Assembly (NCBI GenBank): GCA_035385485.1
Contig: DAOOKC010000001.1
Span: 8,385 to 72,384, forward strand
Length of the DNA: 64,000 bases
Direction of reading: 5' to 3'
Origin: Exilispira sp.
GTDB taxonomy: Bacteria; Spirochaetota; JAAYUW01
The position numbers were made by a program, and so were the translations under genes. Positions 1-8,739 of this stretch are shown here, piece by piece. Numbering within the stretch: the first letter of the stretch is position 1; each line of letters opens with the position of its first letter. The notes under the pieces were generated by a model that saw nothing but the letters and a program-made list of their open reading frames with translations, was not told the DNA's origin and did no database searches.

Positions 1-1
1 A

Positions 2-1708
2 AAAGAAGATCCAAAAGATGCTGAACTTATATCTCATAAACTACTGGTTAGAGGTGGATATTTAAGACAAAATGCGACGGGAATCTATTCTTATTTACCT
101 CTTCTTCAAAGAGTTTTACTTAAGATTACAGAGATCATAAGAGAGGAAATGAATGCAATAGATGGACAGGAAATACTTATGCCACTTACTCAACCAAAAG
201 AAATGTGGGAAAAGACTGGAAGATATCAATCTATTAAAGAAGAATTACTTAGATTTTCCGATAGATGGGAAAAAGAAATGGTTTTAGCTATGACCCATGA
301 AGAGGCTGTATCATTCCTAGCAAAAACAGAACTATCATCATATAAACAACTTCCAATAATGGTGTATCAAATACAATTAAAATTTAGAGATGAACCAAGA
401 TGTAGAGGCGGAATCATAAGAGTTAGAGAATTTACAATGAAAGATGGATATTCATTTCATAAAGATGAAGAATGCCTAAAAAAATATTATGAAAAAGTAT
501 TTTTAGCATATGAAAAAATATTTAAAAGGGTAGGATTAAAAAACTTTATAGCTGTTCAAGCAGATCCTGGTATGATGGGAGGAAGAATATCCCATGAATT
601 TATGCTTTTAGTTCCATCAGGAGAAGATACAATAGTATATTGTGATCATTGCGGCTATAAGGCAAATAAAGAAGTTGCAACATCAAAGATAGAATGCTAT
701 AAAGAAGAAATGAAAGAGTTAAAACTAGTCGAAACACCGCAAAAAAAGACAATTGAAGAGGTAGCAAACTTTTTAGGAATTCCAAAAAGCAAAACAGTAA
801 AAGCTGTTTTTTATGCTGATGATAAAAATAATATATATCTAATTTTGATTAGAGGTGATAGAGAAGTAAATGAAACAAGATTAAAAAAGCTAATTAATTC
901 AACTTATTTAAGATTTGCTGAAGAAAGTGAAATAATTGCTACTGGTGCAATTCCTGGTTATGCTTCCTGCCTTGGTGTTAAAAAAGATCTTAATATATTT
1001 GTAGATAAAACAGTAATAGAATCAAATAATTTAGTCGCAGGTGCTAATAAAGAAGGATATCATTACTTAAACTTTAATTTTGAAAGAGATGTGGATGCTA
1101 AATCATTTATTAATTTACACATTGAGAATTTTTCAGAAGTAATAGAAGGTGATCTATGCCCTGAGTGCGGATCATCTTTGAATGTTACAAGGGGTATAGA
1201 AATAGGAAATATTTTCCAACTTGGTGATAAATATACCAAAGCTTACGATATAAGAGTCCTTGATGAAAATGGTAAGGCATTTTATCCTATTATGGGTTGT
1301 TATGGTATTGGAGTCGGAAGACTTGCAGGTAGTATTGTAGAAGAATCTAATGATGAAAAAGGAATAATCTGGCCTATTACTGTTGCTCCTTATGAAATAC
1401 ATATAGTTGCCTTAAACCAGAAGAATAAAGAAGTATATGATAAGGCAAATGAGTTATATAGAGAATTATTAGAAAACAATTTCGAAGTCATACTTGATGA
1501 TAGAGAAGAATCAGCTGGAATTAAGTTTGCCGATGCAGATTTGATTGGAGTTCCTTTTCAGATAATTGTTTCACCCAAATTGATCGAAAAAAGACAATAT
1601 GAAATAAAGGTGAGGAAGACCTCAGAAAAAATAATTGTTGATGAGGATAAATTAGTTCAGACTATTGGCACTATGATACAAAATGAATATATGAAATACC
1701 AGAACTAA
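2..1708 (+). CDS. proS: Prolyl-tRNA synthetase, 5'-truncated by the window edge (the true start is upstream; the listed ORF at 149 begins at an internal Met)
   Basis: Frame-2 translation from nt 2 reads KEDPKDAELISHKLLVRGGYLRQNATGIYSYLPLLQRV, a class II ProRS N-terminus. Downstream it has the editing/insertion and anticodon-binding regions, and a zinc-type CDHCGYK...CPECG motif. Confidence 0.9.
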   Translation, partial: KEDPKDAELISHKLLVRGGYLRQNATGIYSYLPLLQRVLLKITEIIREEMNAIDGQEILMPLTQPKEMWEKTGRYQSIKEELLRFSDRWEKEMVLAMTHEEAVSFLAKTELSSYKQLPIMVYQIQLKFRDEPRCRGGIIRVREFTMKDGYSFHKDEECLKKYYEKVFLAYEKIFKRVGLKNFIAVQADPGMMGGRISHEFMLLVPSGEDTIVYCDHCGYKANKEVATSKIECYKEEMKELKLVETPQKKTIEEVANFLGIPKSKTVKAVFYADDKNNIYLILIRGDREVNETRLKKLINSTYLRFAEESEIIATGAIPGYASCLGVKKDLNIFVDKTVIESNNLVAGANKEGYHYLNFNFERDVDAKSFINLHIENFSEVIEGDLCPECGSSLNVTRGIEIGNIFQLGDKYTKAYDIRVLDENGKAFYPIMGCYGIGVGRLAGSIVEESNDEKGIIWPITVAPYEIHIVALNQKNKEVYDKANELYRELLENNFEVILDDREESAGIKFADADLIGVPFQIIVSPKLIEKRQYEIKVRKTSEKIIVDEDKLVQTIGTMIQNEYMKYQN

Positions 1709-1810
1709 AAGATTTTAATCAAAATTGGGGTGCATTTTTTTATTAAATTATAAAGTATGATTTTGAAAAATTCCTATTTATAAAAAATAATAAAGCGCTT
1801 GTTATAAAAA

Positions 1811-2407
1811 TTATGATCTGGCATATTCGATAGCTTTTTTTGAAAGGCAAAAACTCTTTCTATGGATTGTAGATAAACCAAAGTTAAGTATTTCATTTAT
1901 ATGTTTTTTTGTCCCATATCCTTTATGCTCATCAAATGAATATTGTGAAAAATATTTAGAAATATTTTTCATGTATCTATCTCTTTCAACTTTTGCTACA
2001 ATGGAAGCAGCAGAAACAGATAAAATTTTTCTATCGGCTTTTACTAAAGAAAAAGTATTTTCCTCTTTTATTGGATCTATATTACCATCTATAATAGTAG
2101 TAATATCAAATTGCGGGAAAAGATTTTTTACATCATAGTAGAGTTGTCTCATTAATAAATAGATGGAGTTAGATATTCCGATTGTATCTATAACTATATT
2201 TGAAAGATAATAATATTGATACCAGATCGCATCTTCTTTAATTATTGAGTAGGCTCTCTCTCTTTTTTCTGGATTCAATAATTTTGAATCTTTAATATTT
2301 TGACAAGAATATTTTTGATCAAATAAAACTGATGCAACAAAAACTGGTCCTGCAAGGCAACCTCTTCCTGCTTCATCAATTCCTAAAATAAATCTTTTTT
2401 TATTCAT
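1811..2407 (-). CDS. rnhB: Ribonuclease HII
   Basis: The N-terminus ILGIDEAGRGCLAGPVFVASV is the canonical RNase HII metal-binding DEAGRG motif. Length is 198 aa. Confidence 0.85.
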   Translation of the reverse strand: MNKKRFILGIDEAGRGCLAGPVFVASVLFDQKYSCQNIKDSKLLNPEKRERAYSIIKEDAIWYQYYYLSNIVIDTIGISNSIYLLMRQLYYDVKNLFPQFDITTIIDGNIDPIKEENTFSLVKADRKILSVSAASIVAKVERDRYMKNISKYFSQYSFDEHKGYGTKKHINEILNFGLSTIHRKSFCLSKKAIEYARS

Positions 2408-2410
2408 AAT

Positions 2411-3742
2411 TTAAACCATGCCAATTAAAATATTTTTATCTTTACCTAAAATGTAAGTTGTAAGATAATCACCTTTATAAACTTCAAAATTATTTTTATA
2501 AAAAGCCTTTATAAGTAGATTATGATAACTTTTTCCATAAATTATTAGATTATTTTTATCATTATTATTTTGCTTTCTTTCAATTTTCTCAACCATAATA
2601 TAATCTTGTTTCCCTATAAAAGAATTGATAAATCTATTTTTAAAACCTTTTGTAATATTATTCAATCTCTCTATATAAAAAGATTTTTCTTCATTACTAA
2701 AAGTTTCTTCCATATTGTAAGCATCAGTTTCTTCTCTTTTTGAAAAAGGAAACAGGTGAAGATGGTGAAAACCTATCTCCCTAACAATATTCTCTGTTTG
2801 CTTTATGGTTTCTTTATTTTCCCCAGGAAATCCTACAATTATATCAGTTGATAAAAATGCATCAGGTCTACTAGATTTTATTTTATTAATAGCATTTGTG
2901 TATTCTTTTATTGTATATTTCCTTCGCATCCTCGTAAGTATAAAATCAGAACCAGATTGTATAGGAAGATGAAAATATGGTTTTATATTTGGTAATTTTA
3001 TAATTTCAAAAAATTCTTCATTTAAATTATCAACTTCAATTGAAGAAAGTTGAAAAATAATATTTGGAAAAAGCTTAATCAAATTTAATAGAAGTTTTGT
3101 AAAATTAATATTATTAAAGTTATATTTGGCTATATTAATACCGGTTAAAACAATTTCTTTAAAACCAGATGAATAAATTTTTTCTATCGAATCTAATACT
3201 TTTTCATAATCTAATGATTGCTCTTTTCCTCTAACAATATGGACCTTACAATAAGCACAATTATTGTTACATCCATCTTGAATTTTTAAAAAAGCCCTAC
3301 TATGAAATCTTTTATCAAGTGTAGGTCGTAAAAATCTATTTTGGTAAGACCTATAAGATTTTTCGTTTTCTGAGAATTTTTTAAAGGAGAATTCTTTTAT
3401 AGGCAATTTGTTTTGGTTTAAGTAATCAATAATATTTTTAATGAGTACTTCGACATCACCTTTATTATCAAGTGAATAATAAATTAATTTGTCGTTTTTT
3501 ATAATTTTTGTAGGATCAAAGCAACCTGTGCTTATACAAATTTTATCTTCAGCAAGCAATTGATTTAATAATCTAATACATTTTTTCTCAGCTTCTGCTG
3601 TTACAGTGCAGGTGTTAATGACAATTATATCTGCAATTTTTAAATCTTTTGTAATATCTTCCTTGTTTTCAATCTGAGAAATTATAGATTCTGTTTCAGA
3701 AATGTTGAGCCGGCAACCAAATGTCTTAAATGCTATTTTCAT
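2411..3742 (-). CDS. Radical-SAM methylthiotransferase of the MiaB/RimO/MtaB family (tRNA or ribosomal-protein methylthiotransferase)
   Basis: An N-terminal MTTase domain (FKTFGCRLN...NTCTV) is followed by a radical-SAM CxxxCxxC motif (GCNNNCAYC) and a C-terminal TRAM-like region. Length is 443 aa. Confidence 0.8.
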   Translation of the reverse strand: MKIAFKTFGCRLNISETESIISQIENKEDITKDLKIADIIVINTCTVTAEAEKKCIRLLNQLLAEDKICISTGCFDPTKIIKNDKLIYYSLDNKGDVEVLIKNIIDYLNQNKLPIKEFSFKKFSENEKSYRSYQNRFLRPTLDKRFHSRAFLKIQDGCNNNCAYCKVHIVRGKEQSLDYEKVLDSIEKIYSSGFKEIVLTGINIAKYNFNNINFTKLLLNLIKLFPNIIFQLSSIEVDNLNEEFFEIIKLPNIKPYFHLPIQSGSDFILTRMRRKYTIKEYTNAINKIKSSRPDAFLSTDIIVGFPGENKETIKQTENIVREIGFHHLHLFPFSKREETDAYNMEETFSNEEKSFYIERLNNITKGFKNRFINSFIGKQDYIMVEKIERKQNNNDKNNLIIYGKSYHNLLIKAFYKNNFEVYKGDYLTTYILGKDKNILIGMV

Positions 3743-3914
3743 ATTAATTTAATTAGAAGTATTATTGGATTATTTTCATATACTAATTTGATACTTGACT
3801 TTAAGTAATTTCTATAAGAACAACAAAATATATTAATTCAATATTTATAATTATTTTTTGAATTTTAATATTTTTTTATATAGATTAGAAAATTAAATTT
3901 TATGCAATTAATAT

Positions 3915-4547
3915 CTATTTTGATTTTATTTGTTGATAAAGTTCGTTTAATTTGGAAGAGTTAAATATTTTCATAGCATTTTCAAGAACATTCAAAGCCT
4001 TATTCTTTTCACCAATTTTATCAAGAGATAAAGCTAAATAATAATAAGGATAATATTGGTTAACTCCAAGGAAAATTGCTGCATTACAAGCAGTTATTGC
4101 TTTATAATAATAACCCAAATTAAAATATGATTTAGATATATAATAATAATTCCAACCATCTGAAGGATTAAGTATAAGAGCTTTTTCAAGATTCGTAATT
4201 GCAGCTTGATATTGTCCAAGATCATTATAGACTCTTCCAATAAGTTTCAAAAACTGTAGATCATTTGGAAAAATACCCAAAGCCTCTTTAGTGTAGTCAA
4301 GGCATTTTTGAAGCTTGCCAAGCTTATATAGACTTTGAGTTAGATAATAGTAAATTTCTCTGTTTTCAGGGTAATCAGCAAGTATTTTTATAGCTAATTC
4401 CTCTACTTCTGAATATTTGCCCAGGTTATATAAATTTGCTAAATTATTAATAGGATCTTGAAGTGAAGAGAAAATAAATATTGCATAAAATGAAATTATG
4501 ATTATAGTAATAAAGTAAAATTTAGAATGCAAAAGTTTTTTTTTCAT
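3915..4547 (-). CDS. TPR-repeat protein with an N-terminal signal/TM segment
   Basis: A hydrophobic N-terminus is followed by tandem 34-aa TPR-like repeats (AxxYYxLGxxYxKLGxxxKA patterns). Confidence 0.55.
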   Translation of the reverse strand: MKKKLLHSKFYFITIIIISFYAIFIFSSLQDPINNLANLYNLGKYSEVEELAIKILADYPENREIYYYLTQSLYKLGKLQKCLDYTKEALGIFPNDLQFLKLIGRVYNDLGQYQAAITNLEKALILNPSDGWNYYYISKSYFNLGYYYKAITACNAAIFLGVNQYYPYYYLALSLDKIGEKNKALNVLENAMKIFNSSKLNELYQQIKSK

Positions 4548-4596
4548 TTTATCACTCTTTACTAAATTTGATTAATAAATAATACGATAAAAAATA

Positions 4597-5643
4597 ATGT
4601 CAAAGGATATAAATATGGTTATAAAGTGTCCAAAATGTGGAAAAAGTTTTATCCTTAATGATTCATTGATTAAAAGTAATATTACTCAGATTTTTTGCCC
4701 TAATTGCAACAACAGGATTATTGTAGAAAAAAAAGAAGAAGAAACCAAATCAAATGAAAGTTTAATACAAATACCTAAAGAGAAGTTGGATAAAATTTTA
4801 AGTAAGATTGAAGATCTTCCAACTTTGCCGATTGTTATTCAAAGAATATTACAACTTATTAATGATCCCAAAGCTACAACCAAGCAGATCGGTTCTATAA
4901 TAACATCAGATCAATCTTTAACTGCCAAGACTTTGAAACTTGTTAATTCCGCCTTTTATGGTTTTTCAAAAAAGATAACCACTGTTGATCAAGCCATTGT
5001 AATTATTGGATTTAATGCTGTTAAAAATCTAGCTATTTCTGCCTCTGTATTTGATATTTTCAAAAATATGAATCAAAAAAGTAGTTTTGATAGATATGGT
5101 TTTTGGACACATTCTACAGCAGTCGCTTTTATTGCAAAACAAATAAGTGAAGATACAAGAATTGGAAATCCTGGTGAAGTCTTTGTTTCAGCTTTAATGC
5201 ATGATATTGGTAAAATAATTTTAGATGTATATTTCTCTGATGAAATGAATAGAATATTATACAATGCAAATAACAAAAATATTTCATTTATACAAAGTGA
5301 AGAAGAGATTTTAGGTTTTACCCATCCAGAAGTTGGATTTTTGTTGTCTAGAAAATGGAACCTTCCTGATAATTTATATATTCCTATAAGATATCATCAT
5401 AATCCGAATAAAGCAATTAAATATGAATCTATAGTCGCTATAGTTCATACGGCAAATATCATAGCAAAAGCCGGAAATATTGGGTATGATGGCGATTCTG
5501 TTACTCCAAAAATATCTACAAATGCATGGAATTTGCTAAAACAAATGAAACCTGATCTTTCTGCAGAAACGATAAAGATTTATATAGATTCTGCAAAGCA
5601 TAATATTGAGGCTTCAGATTTTCTAAAAGTTGCGATTTCTTAA
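4597..5643 (+). CDS. HDOD-domain signalling protein with an N-terminal double zinc ribbon
   Basis: Two N-terminal CPxCG/CPNCNN zinc-ribbon motifs are followed by an HDOD-like domain (LPTLPIVIQRILQLINDP...ALMHDIGKIIL). Confidence 0.7.
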   Translation: MSKDINMVIKCPKCGKSFILNDSLIKSNITQIFCPNCNNRIIVEKKEEETKSNESLIQIPKEKLDKILSKIEDLPTLPIVIQRILQLINDPKATTKQIGSIITSDQSLTAKTLKLVNSAFYGFSKKITTVDQAIVIIGFNAVKNLAISASVFDIFKNMNQKSSFDRYGFWTHSTAVAFIAKQISEDTRIGNPGEVFVSALMHDIGKIILDVYFSDEMNRILYNANNKNISFIQSEEEILGFTHPEVGFLLSRKWNLPDNLYIPIRYHHNPNKAIKYESIVAIVHTANIIAKAGNIGYDGDSVTPKISTNAWNLLKQMKPDLSAETIKIYIDSAKHNIEASDFLKVAIS

Positions 5644-5655
5644 TTTTTTTATTTT

Positions 5656-7299
5656 ATGAAAAGCTTTAGTGAATTTCAAGATTTATACAAAATAATCAAA
5701 CAGAAGAAAGGCTTATTGAAATTTCCAAAAGATATAATAAATGACAAAAATATAGAGGAAATATTAAGAGAATTACAGACAAAAATTTTTGAAAAATCTA
5801 TTGAAAAAAGTTTGGAAAGATCTTCTTTTGACGACCATATCGATTTTTTAAATAAAGTATTTACACTTTTAAGAATTTTTATACCTGACGGTAAATTTTT
5901 TTATTATTATTTTGAAGAATTTAGTAAAGATTATGAATTATTATATTGTGAACAAGAAGATTATTCTATTATTTCAAGTATTGAAGAGGCCATAGAGGAA
6001 GGTATTATAAGTCTTGTTTCTAATTTAAATGAAGTAAGATCTTTTGAAAATATTTATTATGATACTGAAAAAACTTTTATAACTCCAATACCAGTAATTT
6101 TATATGGGAAAAAGATTGGAATAGTAATTGGAATATCTAAAAAAGAAATTAAAAGAAACGAAAACATATTTCATCTATTTTATAGGCTTATAAATTACAT
6201 TGCCCCAATTTTATATTCATTTCAGTTAAAAAATCAACTTGATAAAAAACAGCAAAGCCTTTCATTATTGATTGATGTAACTGAGGATTTATCATATGTT
6301 AAACCGATTGAAGACAATATAAAAGGAGTTATAAGATCTCTTTCTCAATCAATAAATTGTGATATATCAGCATTAATACTTATGGATTCAAATTCCCAGT
6401 TGTTTTTTAAGTTTGCATCAAAAGGATTATATCCTTTTATAATTAAAAGAAGATGGTCAATTGGAGAAGATTTGTTTTCAGAAAGTATAAATAAAAACTT
6501 ATCTTTTATAATAAATAATATGTATAAAAACAGGATATATATAAAGACATATAAGATATTAAGTGACCAAATTAAATCTTTTTTAGTTTATCCTCTTCAA
6601 GCAGTTAATTTTAAAGGTTGTTTTTTTGCCGGTAGATTAAAAAATAAAGCACAATTTTCACATGAAGAGTATGATTTGGTAATGACAATGATAAAAAATT
6701 TAGGAATATTTTTGAATAATATCTCTTTGTTTAACGAAGTAAAAGTAAGTTATGAACTTACAACTTCAGCTTTAGCATCGGCGATTGAAGCAAAAGATCC
6801 CTATACCAAAGGTCATTCTCAAAGAGTTATGAGATATTCACTATTGATTGGAAAAAAATTAGGATTAAATGAAGATTCATTGAAAACAATAAAATTAGCA
6901 GGACTTTTACATGATGTTGGTAAAATCGGAATACCAGAAGCAATAATAACCAAAAAGGGTCCTTTAAATGAAAAAGAATATAAAATAATGAAAAAGCATC
7001 CTTATATAGGATATTTAATTGTTAAAGATATAAATTACCTGAAAAAGGGAGTACCTTTTGTACTATATCATCATGAAAAACTGGATGGTTCGGGCTATCC
7101 ATATGGTCTTAAGGGTGATAAAATACCTTTGTTTGCTAGAATCGCTGCTGTAGCAGATTATTTCGATGCTTTAACTTCAGATAGACCTTATAGAAAAGGA
7201 TTAACATTTAATGAAGCTATACTAGATATTAAAAATAATAGTGGAAAATATTTTGATGAAGAGATTGTTAATGCATTTATAGAAGGATTAAAAACTTAA
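5656..7299 (+). CDS. GAF-domain HD-GYP phosphodiesterase (probable c-di-GMP phosphodiesterase)
   Basis: A central GAF-like region is followed by an HD domain with the LLHDVGKIGIP motif and an HHEKLDGSGYPYGLKG HD-GYP signature. Confidence 0.8.
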   Translation: MKSFSEFQDLYKIIKQKKGLLKFPKDIINDKNIEEILRELQTKIFEKSIEKSLERSSFDDHIDFLNKVFTLLRIFIPDGKFFYYYFEEFSKDYELLYCEQEDYSIISSIEEAIEEGIISLVSNLNEVRSFENIYYDTEKTFITPIPVILYGKKIGIVIGISKKEIKRNENIFHLFYRLINYIAPILYSFQLKNQLDKKQQSLSLLIDVTEDLSYVKPIEDNIKGVIRSLSQSINCDISALILMDSNSQLFFKFASKGLYPFIIKRRWSIGEDLFSESINKNLSFIINNMYKNRIYIKTYKILSDQIKSFLVYPLQAVNFKGCFFAGRLKNKAQFSHEEYDLVMTMIKNLGIFLNNISLFNEVKVSYELTTSALASAIEAKDPYTKGHSQRVMRYSLLIGKKLGLNEDSLKTIKLAGLLHDVGKIGIPEAIITKKGPLNEKEYKIMKKHPYIGYLIVKDINYLKKGVPFVLYHHEKLDGSGYPYGLKGDKIPLFARIAAVADYFDALTSDRPYRKGLTFNEAILDIKNNSGKYFDEEIVNAFIEGLKT

Positions 7300-7356
7300 T
7301 ATATTGACATTATTATTTAATTATATATAATTTGGTTGTTAAGTAAAGGAGATTTC

Positions 7357-7800
7357 ATGGAAAAAAACTTAGATTATTTGAAAAAAATTCCTCTTTTTTC
7401 TCAACTTAAGGAAAAAGATTTAAAAAGCATATCTTCTTTAGTAAAAGAAAGAGAATATAAAAAGGGTGAAATTATTGTTAAACAGGGTGACGATGGTATT
7501 GGACTTTTTATAATAAAAAAAGGTAAAGTTAAAGTTAGCAAAACATTGGCAAATGGCAAGGTAATAGATATAGCTGTTCATGCAGATGGTGAATATTTTG
7601 GTGAACTTTCTATGCTTGACAATAAACCAAGAACTGCTACAGTAAGTGCACTGGAAGATACTACTACCCTTATTATGTCATATTGGGAGTTTAAGGCTTT
7701 ACTTGAATCAAATCCCGAGATAGCTCTTTCCATAATTCCAGTTTTAGTAGAAAGATTTAGAGAAACTAACGAACAACTTCTTGAATTAAAAAATAGCTAA
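7357..7800 (+). CDS. Stand-alone cyclic-nucleotide-binding (cNMP) domain protein. The listed ORF starts at a TTG at 7336; the ATG at 7357 is preceded by AAGGAG.
   Basis: Carries a Crp/cNMP-binding fold signature (GEIIVKQGDDGIGLFIIKKGKVKV...GELSMLD..PRTATVSA). No DNA-binding HTH follows. An RBS AAGGAG lies 5 nt upstream of the 7357 ATG. Confidence 0.7.
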   Translation: MEKNLDYLKKIPLFSQLKEKDLKSISSLVKEREYKKGEIIVKQGDDGIGLFIIKKGKVKVSKTLANGKVIDIAVHADGEYFGELSMLDNKPRTATVSALEDTTTLIMSYWEFKALLESNPEIALSIIPVLVERFRETNEQLLELKNS

Positions 7801-7809
7801 TTCTGTTTT

Positions 7810-7882
7810 GGCGACGTTCCCGAGTGGCTAAGGGCGCGGTCTGCAAAACCGTTGTTCACCGGTTCGAATCCGGTCGTCGCCT
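7810..7882 (+). tRNA. tRNA-Cys (anticodon GCA)
   Basis: A cloverleaf can be folded by hand: acceptor GGCGACG/CGTCGCC, D-arm CCCGAGTGGCTAAGGG, anticodon stem GCGGT/ACCGT with loop CTGCAAA, T-arm ACCGGTTCGAATCCGGT. Coordinates are accurate to about ±2 nt. Confidence 0.85.
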
Positions 7883-7898
7883 ATAAAGATTATAAAAT

Positions 7899-7983
7899 GC
7901 CGAAGTGGCGGAATTGGTAGACGCAAGGGACTTAAAATCCCTCGGTACCTAGTACCGTACCGGTTCAAGTCCGGTCTTCGGCA
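7899..7983 (+). tRNA. tRNA-Leu (anticodon TAA), class II with a long variable arm
   Basis: Acceptor GCCGAAG/CTTCGGC, D-arm with the GG, anticodon stem AGGGA/TCCCT with loop CTTAAAA, long variable arm CGGTACCTAGTACCG, T-arm CCGGTTCAAGTCCGG. A T-run follows immediately. Confidence 0.85.
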
Positions 7984-8008
7984 TTTATTTTTTTTAAATA
8001 TTTTATTA

Positions 8009-8716
8009 TTAAAATGAAAATAAAATTATATATTCCTGGTATTTTTCTGTTTTCTGCTTAAATCCGCTTATTTGCAAAGAACCAAAAAGTTTCCCATTTA
8101 TTGCAATCTTAGAAAACTGTTGGAAAAAATCTTCAGATTTATTTTGAAAGACTTCTTTTAATGTTTTATTAAGTTCAATTGAAAATTCAAACATTTTTAA
8201 GATAGATTTTTTATCTGCAGAATTTTCTACTTTAACAAAATTTTCAAATGCTTTGTTGTATGAAATAATATTTCCTTCTTCATCAGTTATAACAATTGGT
8301 TTTTCGAAAAGATTTATTAAAAATAAAATCTCTTTTTTATATAATTGAACTTTTTCTTTTTTAAGTCTGTCAAACTCGTTTAAGTTTTTTATTAAATTAT
8401 TTAATACAGAACCCAATTTCCCTAATTCATCTTCTTCGGGGAATTTGAATTTCATGATTTGAGAAAGATCTGTTCCATCATCAGCATTTTCCATTTTATT
8501 TACTAATTTTTCATAGTATTTTAATGATTTATTTTTTGTAGAAATAAAGATAATGTTTATAAGTATGCTGGAAAAAATCAAAACTAAAGAAAAATTGAAA
8601 ATTGTCCACTTCTCTAATATTTTATTGAAAAGGGTAATATAGATAAGAAAAAATAAAACAAAATTAATTATAGTATGAAAAAGAAAATAAAATTCGGGTC
8701 TTTTATAGAATTTCAT
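8009..8716 (-). CDS. Membrane-anchored HAMP/PAS-like sensor module with no output domain (hypothetical)
   Basis: Two N-terminal TM helices are followed by a HAMP-like amphipathic segment and a PAS-like core (PIVITDEEGNIISYNKAF). No kinase or other effector domain is present. Confidence 0.45.
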   Translation of the reverse strand: MKFYKRPEFYFLFHTIINFVLFFLIYITLFNKILEKWTIFNFSLVLIFSSILINIIFISTKNKSLKYYEKLVNKMENADDGTDLSQIMKFKFPEEDELGKLGSVLNNLIKNLNEFDRLKKEKVQLYKKEILFLINLFEKPIVITDEEGNIISYNKAFENFVKVENSADKKSILKMFEFSIELNKTLKEVFQNKSEDFFQQFSKIAINGKLFGSLQISGFKQKTEKYQEYIILFSF

Positions 8717-8739
8717 TTAAATCTCCTACAATTTATATT

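Noticed and set aside
600-1402. Small minus-strand ORFs within proS (600-785, 1172-1402)
   Set aside because: They are embedded in a highly conserved aminoacyl-tRNA synthetase coding region and have no motifs.
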